A model generated the notes under the pieces. That model was not told the origin of the DNA. It ran no database searches and was given only the letters and a program-made list of their open reading frames with translations. Of a stretch of DNA of 64,000 nt, positions 61,677-64,000 are shown one piece after another; within the stretch, counting starts at the first letter, position 1; every line of letters starts with the position of its first letter. The DNA lies in NCBI RefSeq assembly GCF_009914755.1, contig NC_060933.1; one strand, given 5' to 3'. Position numbers and translations under genes: made by a program. Source of the DNA: the human T2T-CHM13v2.0 reference genome, Homo sapiens.

Positions 61677-62957
61677 TGTTTTTGGAAAAAACAAACTATT
61701 CTCTACTCTCATTCAACACAAAACTTCTAACACCAAGCAATTCTTCAGTGGACACCAGCTGAGTGTCCTATAATTCAATTCTGATACTATCTACCTGGAG
61801 ATAGTGTGGGGCCCCACAAGCTGAGGCTCAGTTCTACAAGACTGCTCGCCACTTCAGACGCCAATGGCAAGTAGGCAGTAGGTTGTCACCTATGCCTCTG
61901 ACTGACTGGCTGTAAACCGGGGGCCCCCATGACTCACTCCTTGGATTTGGTTAATTTGCTAGAGTGGCTTACAGAACTCAGGGAAATACTTTACTTACAT
62001 TCACTAGTTTATTAATAAAGGGTATTACAAAGGTTAGACATGAATAGCCAGATGAAGAGATGCATCGGGCCAGGCACGTGGGAAGGGACATGGAGCTTTA
62101 ACACTCTCTCCGGCACACCATCTTTCAAGCACCTTCACACATTCAGCTATCCAGAAGCTCATCTGAACCTTGTCCTTTTGGGGTTTTCTGGAGGCTCCAT
62201 TACATAGGCATGATTGATTAAATCATTGGCCATTTGTGATCAGCTCCACCTCAGTCCCTCTCCTTTCCCCGGAGGTCAGTAGGTGGGACTGAAAGTTCCA
62301 ACCCTCAAATTATAGGGTTGGTTTCCCTGGCAACCAGCCTCCATCCAGGGCCCATAAAGAGTCATCACATTGAACAAAAGATGCTCCCATCACCCAGGAA
62401 ATCACAAAGGTCTTCAGAGCTCTGTGTTAGGAAATGGGGTTCAAGGACAAATATCAGAGCAAGGCTGGTGGCTCATACCTGTAATCCCAGCATTTTGGGA
62501 GGCCAAAGTGGGAGGACCACTTGAGGCCAGGAGTTCAAGACTAGCCTGGGCAACTTAAAACAACTACAAGATGTTAGGACATAAATACTTACTAGGTTGT
62601 TTGGACCTGACTATGTACTAAACAGAATGGTTATTCAAGACCTTATGTCTACAAAAAATTGAAATTACCCAGGCTTGGTGGCATGTGCCTGTAGGCTAGC
62701 TACTTGGGAGGCTGAGGCAGGAGGATCGCTTGAGCCCATGAAGTAGAGGCTGCCGTGAGCCATGATCGTGCCTTTAACACTCCAGCCTGGTCAACAGAGC
62801 AAGACCCTGTCACTTAAAACAAAACAAAACCAAATATCAGAACAAAACATTCTCCTAGTACCCCTACTGCTCAGGAAATTATAAGAGTTTTAGGAGCTCT
62901 ATGTTAGGAACCATGGTCAATGACCAAATATGTTTCTTATTATATCATGGTATCACA
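61677..62957 (-). mobile_element. MER21-like LTR with an inserted Alu
   Basis: Ends ...ccaaatatgtttcttattatatcatggtatcaca (reverse of a MER21-type 5' end); internal tcaattctgatactatctacctggagatag. Confidence 0.75.
62462..62830 (+). mobile_element. Alu (AluJ-like) carrying an 81-bp non-Alu insertion
   Basis: Alu consensus interrupted at 62555-62635; TSD caaatatcaga(g/a)caa. Confidence 0.88.
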
Positions 62958-63252
62958 ACAACCAAATTCCAAGAATGTATTACTTACACAATTGGTTATT
63001 TCTGAAAGGAAAGTAAGAAGGTATTCTTCTATCTCAATTTAGGATTCAGTAAGAAGAAATGAGGCAGAACAGAAGTAGGAAATACTAAAGTTTGAATCAA
63101 TGAAAAATACCTCCCAGTCTCATATCAGAGTTATGAAAACATCATTACCTATGGAAATCCTTCCATAAACAGTTGTTATTTGCTTAGGGCAGTTTGCTTA
63201 AAGTATCCCAAAACAGGCAAATTAATTCATGTTAAATGAAATGATTAAAGTA

Positions 63253-63659
<407 letters not shown>

Positions 63660-64000
63660 CTATCTTAATATTTGTGACATTTATGCCTGTGTATGGCAAT
63701 CTGATGGTAAAAGGAGCCATATGTAAATAATAACTGAAACTTTGTCAAAATAATGTTAAGGAAACATAATTAGCAAAGCAATATATAATTACAAGTCCAC
63801 TGATTTAGAGAATCAGAAGTAACAATTAGAATCAGAAATAACAACTATCTGGCAGGGATGGAAAAATGAGAGCAGATATAAAAGTGTACCCCAACCCTGA
63901 CCCCACTGCCATTTGGTGTGCAACTATGTATTTCAATATTAATATCTTTCTTCAAACCAAAATGGAGTTAAGAGATCCTTAGATTCCCAGTTTTAACAAA

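Noticed and set aside
63809-63846. 19-bp direct repeat agaatcagaa(g/a)taacaa
   Set aside because: Two copies only; an ordinary local duplication with no supporting feature.

Overview
Primate (human-like) genomic DNA, very rich in repeats (about 47 Alu copies plus L1, L2, MIR, MaLR/ERV LTRs and DNA-transposon fossils), containing the 3' ends of two convergent genes. On the + strand are the last two coding exons of KIAA1958 (10839-11011 and 24447-25253). They encode a DUF3504 / Crypton tyrosine-recombinase-derived domain and are followed by a very long 3' UTR (candidate poly(A) signals at 30467 and 34610). On the - strand are the last three coding exons of INIP (C9orf80, SOSS complex subunit C; 59463-59361, 54845-54755, 52858-52763) with a 3' UTR reaching possibly about 49160. 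Gene identities come from my recognition of the translated proteins, which places the window at human 9q32. Nearly all other ORFs in the track are Alu/L1 or low-complexity artefacts. I found no clearly new multi-gene system. The best leads are: (1) the domesticated, apparently catalytically dead recombinase domain of KIAA1958; (2) its rare GAG splice acceptor, with a competing CAG 10 nt downstream that would create an immediate stop; (3) a well-formed candidate poison exon in INIP at 59940-60040. Repeat subfamily calls and boundaries were made by eye and are approximate.
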